IMG/VR virus record: IMGVR_UViG_2728369181_000005
Source: a virus
Lineage: Duplodnaviria > Heunggongvirae > Uroviricota > Caudoviricetes
Length of the DNA stretch: 55,128 bases
Reading direction: 5' to 3' (one strand)
Part shown: positions 1-8,971 of the stretch, piece by piece
Layout: each line of letters opens with the position of its first letter
How positions within the stretch are numbered: the stretch's first letter is position 1
The notes under the pieces: generated by a model
Database searches by the model: none
Told to the model about the DNA's origin: nothing
What the model saw: only the letters and a program-made list of their open reading frames with translations
Program-made: the position numbers and the translations under genes

Positions 1-1143
1 CTATGCTGTTTTGATATCTACGATAATCCAGTCTTTACCACGATCATCATTGTATCGGTCGGTCATTTTTCTGGATTTATGGCCTAACAACTTTTGCGTA
101 TCCAGACCCTGTTCCCGATATAACCGTTCTGACAGAGATCGCTGCTCATGAAATGTGGGCGCAGTTCCTTGCTCCCATTTTATGCCACATTTTTCCCGGG
201 CCTTTTTAAAAGCCGTTGTCAGAGTATTTGCAGAAACCTGGTCTCCTCTGTTTGCTTGAGAGGTAGTGTGACGGTAATGGACCAGATATTTACTAACAAC
301 AGCATCCCTGCACTGAGATATAACTTCACGAAGGGTAATATTCAGAGCATCGCATTTCAGGTTAAGCGGAATAGCAAGTTTTGAACCGGTTTTTTCCTGA
401 GTAATGTGCAACATGTCGTCCCATATATCAGAGAATTTCAAATTGCAGATATCGCCTAAACGTTGTCCAGTAACAAGAGCAAGTAGCATGCCGCATTTTA
501 AATAGGGCTGCCGTCTGCTTACGCTGTCAAATATTGCCTGCCATTCGGGCAGTGACAATCTTTGGCGGTTTACTCGATTTCGCGGTTGTTTTGTTGCCTG
601 CGCTGGGTTAAATCCTGGCGGAACATGTCCTGCGTGTTGTGCTTCTTTGAAGACGTCGATCAACACCATTCTCACGACTTGCGCCATCCTGTTATGACCT
701 TCAGCCTTTACAGCATCAATTATTTCGGCAATATCAAGTGCGGTAATATCCTTGAGGTGTTGCATTCCACAATGCTCACGGAAAAGACGAATGGGTTTGC
801 CTTTTTGCCGATAGGAGTTGGGTCTTAGTTCATTATGTTGCAGCCTGTCCTCTTGGATAGAAATATATTTATCAAGCCATTCTGTCACCGTAATGTCTGA
901 GCGCCTGCCTTTCATTCTTTCCAGACGCTCATTGACGCTTAATATTTGTCTGGTACGTTGTTCAGCAATAATGGTATTTGCTTCAGTAGCAACTTGTTTT
1001 GCTTCATTCTCATCAGTTCCTAAGCTATGAAAACGACCGGATAGTGGATGTTTGTATTGCCAATATACCTTTCCGGTTCGCTTATCTAATTTGCAATATA
1101 AATTGGGTATAGAGATTTTGTGAGATCGGGGTCTAGCAGCCAT
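1..1143 (-). CDS. int: Tyrosine recombinase, lambda Int-like prophage integrase
   Basis: 380-codon ORF aligning along its length with lambda Int, including the C-terminal HELRSLSARLY...LLGHKS catalytic region; stop codon at window positions 1-3. Confidence 0.93.
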   Translation of the reverse strand: MAARPRSHKISIPNLYCKLDKRTGKVYWQYKHPLSGRFHSLGTDENEAKQVATEANTIIAEQRTRQILSVNERLERMKGRRSDITVTEWLDKYISIQEDRLQHNELRPNSYRQKGKPIRLFREHCGMQHLKDITALDIAEIIDAVKAEGHNRMAQVVRMVLIDVFKEAQHAGHVPPGFNPAQATKQPRNRVNRQRLSLPEWQAIFDSVSRRQPYLKCGMLLALVTGQRLGDICNLKFSDIWDDMLHITQEKTGSKLAIPLNLKCDALNITLREVISQCRDAVVSKYLVHYRHTTSQANRGDQVSANTLTTAFKKAREKCGIKWEQGTAPTFHEQRSLSERLYREQGLDTQKLLGHKSRKMTDRYNDDRGKDWIIVDIKTA

Positions 1144-1369
1144 CAGCGATTATCCTTTGGAGTTTTGGGTTTGCGTTTATTGGGAGTTGCGGTTCTGCAA
1201 GCGTTCCTACAAAACGGGAATTTCGGTCAATCATCCAGTAGCGACCAACTTTTATAGCGGGTGGGGCCATCATTTTCCCTTGCGCGTATTTTTTCAGAAC
1301 TCGCTCACTTGGTGCTAAGTCCCCAAATTCTTCTTTAGCCCAGTCCTGTAAAGTGATTAGTCGAGACAT
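1133..1369 (-). CDS. xis: Excisionase (Xis-like)
   Basis: 78-aa ORF immediately upstream of and overlapping int; LTLQ(D/E)W ... PPA.KVGR motif resembles the lambda Xis DNA-binding fold. Confidence 0.75.
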   Translation of the reverse strand: MSRLITLQDWAKEEFGDLAPSERVLKKYAQGKMMAPPAIKVGRYWMIDRNSRFVGTLAEPQLPINANPKLQRIIADGC

Positions 1370-1508
1370 TTGTCCTCCTCTTAGCTGCTGAGGGAGTTTG
1401 TGACCGATATATCTGACATGATATTAAGCTCATGGCAGGTACATCTCTTGACTGGTCATAGAGATAAATTTAATGCTGAGAAATGCAGTATTGAATTTAT
1501 CAATTTTT

Positions 1509-1748
1509 CTATTTCCTGCGCATGTCACGTAACTTCTTAATGTGTTCTGCCGTTTCGATCTCTTCTGCTATCCGATCTGCATCAGCTTTATTCACAGGTT
1601 CAAAGTCATGATTAAAGCGGAACATGCTGGCGATACATGTTCTGCCTTTTCGGATGTAGTGAACTTTGTTGTGGGTAGAACGCAGGATTTTGCAGGGAGT
1701 GCCGTGGTGGTCGACGTACCAGGTGTTAGGGTCAATCACTCTGAACAT
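1509..1748 (-). CDS. Hypothetical protein (int-exo accessory region)
   Basis: 79-codon ORF co-oriented with the early-left operon; no family recognised. Confidence 0.4.
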   Translation of the reverse strand: MFRVIDPNTWYVDHHGTPCKILRSTHNKVHYIRKGRTCIASMFRFNHDFEPVNKADADRIAEEIETAEHIKKLRDMRRK

Positions 1749-2061
1749 TCTTGACCTTGTGTTGTGCGGATTGATATTCAGTGCTGATATTCACCTTTAT
1801 AGCGAACACCTTTACCGGTTTATCGCCAAAGTGCGGATGTGTGATTGTCTTCACTTCATATCCGTCATACGGAACATCAATTCTGCGACTGGAATCGTCG
1901 CGCTTCGGATATCCCTTTGTGATAATCAGGCGGTCATATTCCCGGAACATAATTCGCTTATTCCAGTAGTCATTACACAAGCGATACTCTTCCGTTTTCT
2001 CTCCGCGAATCATGGCATCGAAGTATTCACTTTTAACAGCAAGTTGCAGGTTAGCCATCAC
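1732..2061 (-). CDS. Hypothetical protein
   Basis: 109-codon ORF, co-oriented, overlapping neighbours by a few codons (operon-like packing); possible ASCH/PUA-like fold is a guess. Confidence 0.4.
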   Translation of the reverse strand: MMANLQLAVKSEYFDAMIRGEKTEEYRLCNDYWNKRIMFREYDRLIITKGYPKRDDSSRRIDVPYDGYEVKTITHPHFGDKPVKVFAIKVNISTEYQSAQHKVKNVQSD

Positions 2062-2279
2062 TTAATCCCCCTTTGTTTGCGGATAAGCTCCAGATCTTGC
2101 TGGCAACTGGCGCAAGTCCGACAACCCTGAACGGCCAGGCGTCTTCGTTCATCTATCGGATCGCCACACTCACAACAATGAGTGGCAGATACAGCCAGGT
2201 AGTTCAGGCGGCGCATTTTTATTGCTGTGTTGCGCTGTAATTCTTCTATTTCTGATGCTGAATCAATGATGTCTGCCAT
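2058..2279 (-). CDS. DksA/TraR-family C4-type zinc-finger protein
   Basis: 73 aa with CxxC...17 residues...CxxC (CCECGD...CRTCASC), typical of phage TraR/DksA-like proteins. Confidence 0.65.
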   Translation of the reverse strand: MADIIDSASEIEELQRNTAIKMRRLNYLAVSATHCCECGDPIDERRRLAVQGCRTCASCQQDLELIRKQRGIK

Positions 2280-2377
2280 CTTTCATTAATCCCTGAACTG
2301 TTGGTTAATACGCTTGAGGGTGAATGCGAACAATAAAAAAGGAGCCTGTAGCTCCCTGATAATTTTGCTTTTCATGT

Positions 2378-2659
2378 TCATCGTTCCTTAAAGACGCCGT
2401 TTAACATGCCGATTGCCAGGCTTAAATGAGTCGGTGTGAATCCCTTCAGCGTTACCGTTTCGCGGTGCTTCTTCAGTACGCTACGGCAAATGTCATTGAC
2501 GTTTTTATCCGGAAACTGCTGTCTGACTTTTTTGATTTCAGAATTAGCCTGACGGGCAATGCTGCGAAGGGCGTTTTCTTGCTGAGGTGTCACTGAACAA
2601 GCCCCATGTCGGCAAGCATAAGCACACAGAATATGAAGCCCGCTGCCAGAAAAATGCAT
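2378..2659 (-). CDS. Hypothetical protein
   Basis: 93-codon ORF co-oriented with the early-left operon; start uncertain. Confidence 0.35.
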   Translation of the reverse strand: MHFSGSGLHILCAYACRHGACSVTPQQENALRSIARQANSEIKKVRQQFPDKNVNDICRSVLKKHRETVTLKGFTPTHLSLAIGMLNGVFKER

Positions 2660-2669
2660 TCAGTGGTTG

Positions 2670-2861
2670 TCATACCTGGTCTCTCTCATCTGCTTCTGCT
2701 TTCGCCACCATCATTTCCAGCTTTTGTGAAAGGGATGTGGCTAACGTATGAAATTCTTCGTCTGTTTCTGCTGGTATTGGCACAAACCTGACTCCAATTT
2801 GAGCAAGGCTATGTGCCAAATCAATACTCGTTCTTAACTCAACAGGAGATGCTTTGTGCAT
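2670..2861 (-). CDS. Hypothetical small protein
   Basis: 63-codon acidic ORF, co-oriented. Confidence 0.3.
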   Translation of the reverse strand: MHKASPVELRTSIDLAHSLAQIGVRFVPIPAETDEEFHTLATSLSQKLEMMVAKAEADERDQV

Positions 2862-3012
2862 ACCGCCCCCCGTTTATTATTTATCTCCTCAGCCAGCCGC
2901 TGGGCTTTCAGCGGATTTCGGATAACAGAAAGACCGTGAAATACCCAGCCTCGCTTTGTAACGGAGTAGACGAAAGTGATCGCGCCTACCCGGATATTAT
3001 CGTGAGGATGGG

Positions 3013-3693
3013 TCATCGCCATTGCTCTCCAAATACAAAACCAATTTCAGCCAGTGCTTCGTCCATTTTTTCGATGAACTCCGGCACCATCTCGTCAAAA
3101 CTCGCCATGTACTTTTCATCCCGCTCAACCACGACATAATGCAGGCCTTCACGCTTCATTCGTGGGTCATAGTTGGCAAAGTACCAGGCATCTTTTCGTG
3201 TCACCCACATGCTGTACTGCACCTGGGCCATGTAAGCCGACTTTATGGCCTCGAAACCACCGAGCCGGAACTTCATGAAATCCCGGGAGGTAAACGGGCA
3301 TTTCAGCTCAAGGCCATTGCCGTCACTGCATAAACCATCGGGAGAGCAGGCGGTGCGCATACTTTCGTCGCGATAGATGATCGGGGATTCAGTAACATTC
3401 ACGCCGGAAGTGAATTCAAACAGGGTTCTGGCGTCGTTCTCGTACTGTTTTCCCCAGGCCAGCGCCTTAGCATTAACTTCCGGAGCCACACCGGTGCAAA
3501 CCTCAGCCAGCAGGGTGTGGAAGTAGGACATTTTCATGTCAGGCCACTTCTTTCCTGAGCGGGGCTTTGCTATCACGTTGTGAACTTCTGAAGCGGTGAT
3601 GACGCCGAGCCGTAATTTGTGCCATGCATCATCCCCCTGTTCGACAGCTCTCACGTCGATCCCGGTACGCTGCAGGATAATGTCCGGTGTCAT
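3013..3693 (-). CDS. exo: Lambda exonuclease (Red-alpha)
   Basis: 226 aa, essentially identical to lambda Exo as recalled ([40 protein letters not shown]...). Confidence 0.97.
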   Translation of the reverse strand: MTPDIILQRTGIDVRAVEQGDDAWHKLRLGVITASEVHNVIAKPRSGKKWPDMKMSYFHTLLAEVCTGVAPEVNAKALAWGKQYENDARTLFEFTSGVNVTESPIIYRDESMRTACSPDGLCSDGNGLELKCPFTSRDFMKFRLGGFEAIKSAYMAQVQYSMWVTRKDAWYFANYDPRMKREGLHYVVVERDEKYMASFDEMVPEFIEKMDEALAEIGFVFGEQWR

Positions 3694-4475
3694 GCTGCCA
3701 CCTTCTGCTCAGTGGCTTTCTGTTTCAGGAATCCAAGAGCTTTCACTGCTTCGGCCTGTGTCAGTTCTGACGATGCGCGAATGTCGCGGCGAAATATCTG
3801 GGAACAGAGCGGCAATAAGTCGTCATCCCATGTTTTATCCAGGGCGATCAGCAGAGTGTTAATCTCCTGCATGGTTTCATCGTTAACCGGAGTGATGTCG
3901 CGTTCTGGCTGACGTTCTGCAGTGTATGCAGTATTTTCGACAATGCGCTCGGCTTCATCCTTGTCATAGATACCAGCAAATCCGAAGGCCAGACGGGCAC
4001 ACTGAATCATGGCTTTATGCCGTAACATCCGTTTGGGATGCGACTGCCACGGCCCCGTGATTTCTCTGCCTTCGCGAGTTTTGAATGGTTCGCGGCGGCA
4101 TTCATCCATCCATTCGGTAACGCAGATCGGATGATTACGGTCCTTGCGGTAAATCCGGCATGTACAGGATTCATTGTCCTGCTCAAAGTCCATGCCATCA
4201 AACTGCTGGTTTTCATTGATGATGCGGGACCAGCCATCAACGCCCACCACCGGAACGATGCCGTTCTGCTTATCAGGGAAGGCGTAAATTTCTTTCGTCC
4301 ACGGATTAAGGCCGTACTGGTTGGCGACGATCAACAATGCGATGAACTGCGCATCGCTGGCATCGCCTTTAAATGCTGTCTGGCGAAGAGTGGTGATCAG
4401 TTCCTGTGGGTCGACAGAATCCATGCCGACACGTTCAGCCAGCTTCCCAGCCAGCGTTGCGAGTGCTGTACTCAT
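3690..4475 (-). CDS. bet: Recombination protein Bet (Red-beta, single-strand annealing)
   Basis: 261 aa matching lambda Bet ([37 protein letters not shown]...); ATGA overlap with exo. Confidence 0.97.
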   Translation of the reverse strand: MSTALATLAGKLAERVGMDSVDPQELITTLRQTAFKGDASDAQFIALLIVANQYGLNPWTKEIYAFPDKQNGIVPVVGVDGWSRIINENQQFDGMDFEQDNESCTCRIYRKDRNHPICVTEWMDECRREPFKTREGREITGPWQSHPKRMLRHKAMIQCARLAFGFAGIYDKDEAERIVENTAYTAERQPERDITPVNDETMQEINTLLIALDKTWDDDLLPLCSQIFRRDIRASSELTQAEAVKALGFLKQKATEQKVAA

Positions 4476-4480
4476 CCGTT

Positions 4481-4777
4481 TTATACCTCTGAATCAATAT
4501 CAACCTGGTGGTGAGCAATGGTTTCAACCATGTACCGGATGTGTTCTGCCATGCGCTCCTGAAACTCAACATCGTCATCAAACGCACGGGTAATGGCTTT
4601 TTTGCTGGCCCCGTGACGTTGCAAATGATCGATGCAGAGTGATTCAAACAGGTGCTGTGGAAGACCTTTTTCCATGTCGTCTGCCAGTTCTGCCTCTTTC
4701 TCTTCACGGGCGATCTGCTGGTAGTGACGTGCCCAGCTCTGAGCCTCAAGACGATCCTGAATGTAATAAGCGTTCAT
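4481..4777 (-). CDS. gam: Gam (RecBCD inhibitor), short form
   Basis: 98 aa matching lambda GamS ([21 protein letters not shown]...VDIDSEV). The upstream extension seen in lambda long Gam is not open here. Confidence 0.93.
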   Translation of the reverse strand: MNAYYIQDRLEAQSWARHYQQIAREEKEAELADDMEKGLPQHLFESLCIDHLQRHGASKKAITRAFDDDVEFQERMAEHIRYMVETIAHHQVDIDSEV

Positions 4778-4840
4778 GGCTGAACTCCTGAAAATATCGC
4801 CCGCGAAATGCCAGGCTGATTAGGAAAACAGGAAAGGGGA

Positions 4841-5251
4841 TTAGTGATTCAGGCCGTTACCGCGTCCGTCGAGAAAAACTTCCACGAGCAAATCACGGGT
4901 ATAAGTGCGCTCGATGCCGCGATGCAGATATAGCCGTCCGCGTAAATTAGCTGATGCAGTCCAGGTACCATCTTTGTGTTTGACCAGCATTCCTGGCATG
5001 ACCGCACCTCGATTAACGGTCTGCGTTCCGTAATGTTGATGAACCATAAAAACTCCTGCCCGTAAGCTGGGCTGCTGAACATATAGAGACTTCTGCGCGT
5101 ATTCAGGCGGTGGATGGCCGCCGGTTGTCATAACTAAGTCGCCTCGTTGAAGCGACTGAGGTATGAAGTGTTGAGTTGATTCCAGCTGGTCACACCGACG
5201 TTCACGCGTCCGCTTCACCCCTCGCACTCCCCGGAGCCTGCTGAAATTCAA
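4841..5251 (-). CDS. Hypothetical protein at the N-gene position, Arg-rich N-terminus
   Basis: 136-codon ORF between the putative pL and gam; N-terminus RLRGVRGVKRTRERR is arginine-rich like N-type antiterminators, but no alignment to lambda N recognised. Confidence 0.35.
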   Translation of the reverse strand: MNFSRLRGVRGVKRTRERRCDQLESTQHFIPQSLQRGDLVMTTGGHPPPEYAQKSLYVQQPSLRAGVFMVHQHYGTQTVNRGAVMPGMLVKHKDGTWTASANLRGRLYLHRGIERTYTRDLLVEVFLDGRGNGLNH

Positions 5252-5299
5252 GCTGCGGATCTAAGCGGTCATCGCAACGGTGAATCAGGTGATTGCCGT

Positions 5300-5450
5300 A
5301 TCGTTGTGTTGTTGCGATGAATTCATTTAAAACTATAGTTGTTTTATCGTCAACAACAAAAGTTGTTTTGTTGGTTGTTTTAGATATAACTGGTTGTATT
5401 TAAGATGGATTTATTTTGTGACTTGCATCGCATAGCGATAACTGAAGCGA
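5300..5450 (-). promoter_or_regulatory. Putative oL/pL region
   Basis: Contains AACTATAGTTGTTTT and TGGTTGTTTT motifs resembling the AACAACCATAGTTTT / ATGGTTGTT operator-like palindromes between cI and cro; position equals lambda oL/pL. Confidence 0.35.
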
Positions 5451-5492
5451 GGTCGTGGTGGTTTTTTGAACGGTTTGTGTGATGAGGGGAGG

Positions 5493-5528
5493 CAAAAGAA
5501 AACCCGGCACGGTGGCCGGGTTATTAAT
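5493..5528 (-). terminator. Rho-independent terminator after the rex-slot operon
   Basis: CCCGGC-ACGGTG-GCCGGG hairpin (5503-5520) followed on the minus strand by TTTTCTTTT; about 28 nt beyond the stop at 5556. Confidence 0.6.
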
Positions 5529-5555
5529 AAGGAATATCACATACAAAAATAAATT

Positions 5556-6383
5556 TTAAACTTGGGGAAGTATTTTTTTTGCAAAATCAATAGTTTCTTT
5601 GTGGTTGGATGCAGGTATATGATTTATTTTCTTAGCATCCATAGTTCTCTTTATGATGTCAATAACTTTGCTTTGGCCTGCGTTTGGTGTTTCAGGAGTT
5701 TCAATTGTGAATAAAATGTCATCAAGTGAAAGCAGGTTTTCTTCTGCTGCTCGAGTTATTCTCATCACCCAAGTATCACTATGCTCCATCATTTTTCCTG
5801 GTTCAGCTTGAGTGAATGCCAGAGGTTTGATGGCACATTGGATCCTGTCATGCTTCTTGGCGACCAATGGCATTGAGAACTTTGCGAAATACCCATCAAT
5901 GGTTGCTTGTTTGAAGACGTTCTTCAATCCATCTATTCTATCGATACTTCGTTTTAGCTCTCTGGCTAGAACATCTTCACGGCGCTCTTTTGTATAGTCA
6001 GAGTGGTTTACATATTTATTGTAAATGCGGGCCAGCTCTTCTTTTGGGTTTTCGCTGAGAATCACTCTCGTAGAACTGAACTGAAAAATTGATTCTTTTT
6101 TGTTTGTAAAATATCTGAAGAATTGTGCAAGTTGTTGATGTCCAACAATCTGGGTCGCATGCATTTTTGCGAACTGTAGTTCTCTTTGTATTGAGTCTTT
6201 TGCTACAGGGAAAATACAATCATCATGGAAAAAATTCTTTACACGAGAGTCATTTCGCTTTGTGAGCTGGAAATCAAAGTAATTTTCTTTTGGCGCGCAC
6301 AGAAGTACGCCTATGTTTGCGAACTCTTCAGTCTCCGCATAAGGCGCATAGCGAACGATGCTATATAGGCATGGAGTTGTCAT
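5556..6383 (-). CDS. Hypothetical protein, second gene of the rex-slot operon
   Basis: AT-rich ORF; ATG at 6383 overlaps the upstream stop as ATGA. N-terminus YSIVRYAPYAETEEFANIGVLL is reminiscent of DUF3037-type proteins (from memory, unverified). Confidence 0.6.
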   Translation of the reverse strand: MTTPCLYSIVRYAPYAETEEFANIGVLLCAPKENYFDFQLTKRNDSRVKNFFHDDCIFPVAKDSIQRELQFAKMHATQIVGHQQLAQFFRYFTNKKESIFQFSSTRVILSENPKEELARIYNKYVNHSDYTKERREDVLARELKRSIDRIDGLKNVFKQATIDGYFAKFSMPLVAKKHDRIQCAIKPLAFTQAEPGKMMEHSDTWVMRITRAAEENLLSLDDILFTIETPETPNAGQSKVIDIIKRTMDAKKINHIPASNHKETIDFAKKILPQV

Positions 6384-7132
6384 TCTATTGCGCTCCAAAA
6401 TTCATCACAATCACCTTTGTCTAGCGTAGTGCAGACAAAAGGTAAAAACTCCTCATCTACTATCCACTCTTCTGGAATTTCGTCAAGGATAGCAGGAAGC
6501 TTGTGTAAACTGTTAACGACCCTCTGGCGGTACTCTACGCGATCCACTAAATCATATTGCCATTTGCGGTTACCAGGGCCGTACACGTGCACAGAAAAAT
6601 CTTCAGGTCCAGCATTCTGATCAAATGAGAGATTATGGTCAATCAGATAATACTTATCGTTACTGATGTCATAAAGGATGTTAACGTTTCCACCTTTGTC
6701 AGTAAGCGTTCTGTCTGCATTTAATATCCATTTATCAAAAACATAGATTAATTTTTGCTGTTCGACTGGGATGATCGTTTCGTTTCTTGACTGCGTAAAC
6801 GTTAACGCTATTGCACCGTCAATGAACAATGAAGCAAAGGCATATCCTGTACAAATTTGTTGCTGCAGATCAGGTGAGTACTCTATAAGTTCCTCTGGCA
6901 CAAATACGATTTTAAAGTCAGGTAAAGGAAGGCCGATATCATTAGCCAAACACGCCGAAATGAACTCAGCTAAGAGATTTTTCGGGGGCATTGATGGTTT
7001 TGACTTCAAAACATACAACTGCCCATCATCACATTTGCAAAGAAATGGCTGAGTGGAACCTTCATTGATGCGACGTATTACCTCAACGACATTAGGTATT
7101 GCACTATTGCTGCTCGCTACGCACTCCATCAC
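6380..7132 (-). CDS. Hypothetical kinase-like protein, first gene of the rex-slot operon
   Basis: 250-aa ORF 119 bp downstream of cI, same strand. Motifs suggest a protein-kinase-like fold: YVLK (beta-3 Lys), NADRTLTDKGGN (catalytic-loop-like D...N), LIDHN (DFG-like Asp). Confidence 0.6.
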   Translation of the reverse strand: MMECVASSNSAIPNVVEVIRRINEGSTQPFLCKCDDGQLYVLKSKPSMPPKNLLAEFISACLANDIGLPLPDFKIVFVPEELIEYSPDLQQQICTGYAFASLFIDGAIALTFTQSRNETIIPVEQQKLIYVFDKWILNADRTLTDKGGNVNILYDISNDKYYLIDHNLSFDQNAGPEDFSVHVYGPGNRKWQYDLVDRVEYRQRVVNSLHKLPAILDEIPEEWIVDEEFLPFVCTTLDKGDCDEFWSAIE

Positions 7133-7251
7133 TAACCCTTATGTGATTCAAGTCTTCCATCTCATTACTCCGCATCTCAAAGAGCGGTTTAACACTGCGT
7201 GTTTAAAGAAAAACAACAGGCCTATTGCTGTAACTGTTTTTTAGCCTCACT

Positions 7252-7941
7252 TTAACCATGCTTCCTATATGTCTGCGGCATGCTCCCAATAACCTTACCG
7301 AAGATAAACACCCGGTTCATCTCGTCTTTCTCGATCGGGTCCCACGGTGAGTAGCTCTTGTTATCAGAGATAACCAGCAGCTTATCCTTCATCATTTGCA
7401 GGCGCTTTACATGGGCTGTGTCGTCGTACAGAAACGCATAGATGCCATCACCGTCGAAAGATTTAACCGTGATATCAACGAACAGAAGATCACCTGGTTC
7501 GATCGTTCCTGACATGCTGTCACCGCGTACGTTAATGATGCGGATATTTTCTGCCTTCCTACCATCGAACATGTGACGAGCATCGTCAAACGAGTACTCA
7601 ACCGAGCGTAGAACTTCTACAAACTCACGGTTGATGACTCCCGGCCCGGCACTCACTTCTATATCAAGAACGTCAATTTTAAAGTATTTGGAATAGCTGA
7701 CAGTTGATGGTATTGGTTGCACTGTACTGTCTGACATATTTCCAACGCCAGAAGATAACCATTCTGCGCGCACACCCAAAGCGTTCGCGATCTCCACGAT
7801 TTTAGTTGTTTGGTTAGCTTTCCCTGTTTCGATTTTCTGAATAGCAGCTTGGCTAACCCCGACCAAATCCCCAAGCGCCTTTTGTGTAAGGCCTCGCGCT
7901 AATCTGGCTTCTTTAAGTCTTTCTGAGAGTGTTGTTTTCAT
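7252..7941 (-). CDS. cI: CI-type prophage repressor (HTH-XRE plus S24 LexA-like peptidase domain)
   Basis: N-terminal HTH (LTQKALGDLVGVSQAAIQKIETG) and C-terminal RGDSMSG...K autocleavage motifs; start at ATG 7941; divergent from cro across a 104-bp operator region. Not lambda immunity. Confidence 0.9.
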   Translation of the reverse strand: MKTTLSERLKEARLARGLTQKALGDLVGVSQAAIQKIETGKANQTTKIVEIANALGVRAEWLSSGVGNMSDSTVQPIPSTVSYSKYFKIDVLDIEVSAGPGVINREFVEVLRSVEYSFDDARHMFDGRKAENIRIINVRGDSMSGTIEPGDLLFVDITVKSFDGDGIYAFLYDDTAHVKRLQMMKDKLLVISDNKSYSPWDPIEKDEMNRVFIFGKVIGSMPQTYRKHG

Positions 7942-8045
7942 AGTCCAAATGTACAACCAAGGTTTTATTCCATCAAACGAAAATGGTTGTTGACTAAAAA
8001 CAACCATAGTTTTAATCTTGATTCAAATTAACCACGGAGGTTGTT
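7942..8045. promoter_or_regulatory. oR/pRM/pR immunity switch region
   Basis: Palindrome ATGGTTGTT-8 bp-AACAACCAT overlapping a TTGACT (-35, 7990-7995) / 17-bp spacer / TAATCT (-10, 8013-8018) promoter facing cro; related half-sites further left. Confidence 0.6.
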
Positions 8046-8276
8046 ATGAACCCAGCTATCAAAACAGCGATCAATATCGTTGGTTCACAAAAGAAACTGG
8101 GCGCTGCCTGCGAAGTTTCACAGCAGGCCGTCTATAAGTGGCTTCACAACAAAGCAAAGGTATCCCCTGAACATGTCGGCAGCATTGTTACGGCTACTGG
8201 TGGAGTAGTGAAGGCATACCAGATTCGCCCGGATCTTCCGAAGTTGTTTCCACACACCGAAAAGAACGCAGCTTAA
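8046..8276 (+). CDS. cro: Cro-like HTH regulator (YdaS/Cro family)
   Basis: 76-aa ORF divergent from cI with GGAGG SD at 8036-8040; HTH segment QKKLGAACEVSQQAVYKW. Confidence 0.8.
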   Translation: MNPAIKTAINIVGSQKKLGAACEVSQQAVYKWLHNKAKVSPEHVGSIVTATGGVVKAYQIRPDLPKLFPHTEKNAA

Positions 8277-8345
8277 ATTTCCATTTCACGCTCTTTAACA
8301 ATAAGCAATCAACTTAACAGTCAATTCAAACTAAAGGAGTCAATT

Positions 8346-8885
8346 ATGCAACCACTTACATACCAACAGACTAGCGGATTTAGCCCGACTGCGGTGATAA
8401 ATCGTTCTCAAACAAAACAGGTGCCAGGCCACGAAAAAATCCGTGATGCCGTCCGCGCCTGGTCGGCTGAAGATAATCAGGATGTTGTTGCCGCACTCAT
8501 TGTGAATGAGTATCGGGAGCAGGGCGGCGGCACCATCGATTTCCCTGATGATGTCAGCCGTGCACGCCAGAAGCTGTTCCGCTTCCTCGATAACAAATTC
8601 GATTCTGAAAAATACCGAAATAACGTGCGTGAACTGACCCCGGCAATTCTGGCGGTACTACCGCTGGACTATCGCGGCCACCTGGTTGAGCAGGATAGCT
8701 TCATGGCTCGGCTGGCTGAAATGGAAAAGGAACTCAGTGAGGCAAAGCAGGCGGTCATTCTCAACGCACCACGCCACCAGAAACTGAAGGAGATGAGTGA
8801 AGGCATTGTGTCGATGTTTCGAGTGGACCCGGATCTGGCTGGTCCATTGATGGCGATGGTCACCACCATGCTGGGGGCAATATGA
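8346..8885 (+). CDS. YdaT-like protein (occupies the cII position)
   Basis: 179 aa; EYREQGGG ... PAILAVLP motifs resemble Rac YdaT as recalled; immediately follows cro. Confidence 0.55.
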   Translation: MQPLTYQQTSGFSPTAVINRSQTKQVPGHEKIRDAVRAWSAEDNQDVVAALIVNEYREQGGGTIDFPDDVSRARQKLFRFLDNKFDSEKYRNNVRELTPAILAVLPLDYRGHLVEQDSFMARLAEMEKELSEAKQAVILNAPRHQKLKEMSEGIVSMFRVDPDLAGPLMAMVTTMLGAI

Positions 8886-8971
8886 CAGGTTCAAAAATGG
8901 TGAAAGTCGGTCTGCGGGAACAGAACCGACTTTCAGGTGCAAATCGTAACACACTCATTGCGGGAGGAATT

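Noticed and set aside
148-1030. Plus-strand ORFs (148-384, 562-828, 818-1030) inside the integrase region
   Set aside because: They lie antisense within a full-length, well-supported integrase ORF and have no SD or family signal; shadow ORFs.
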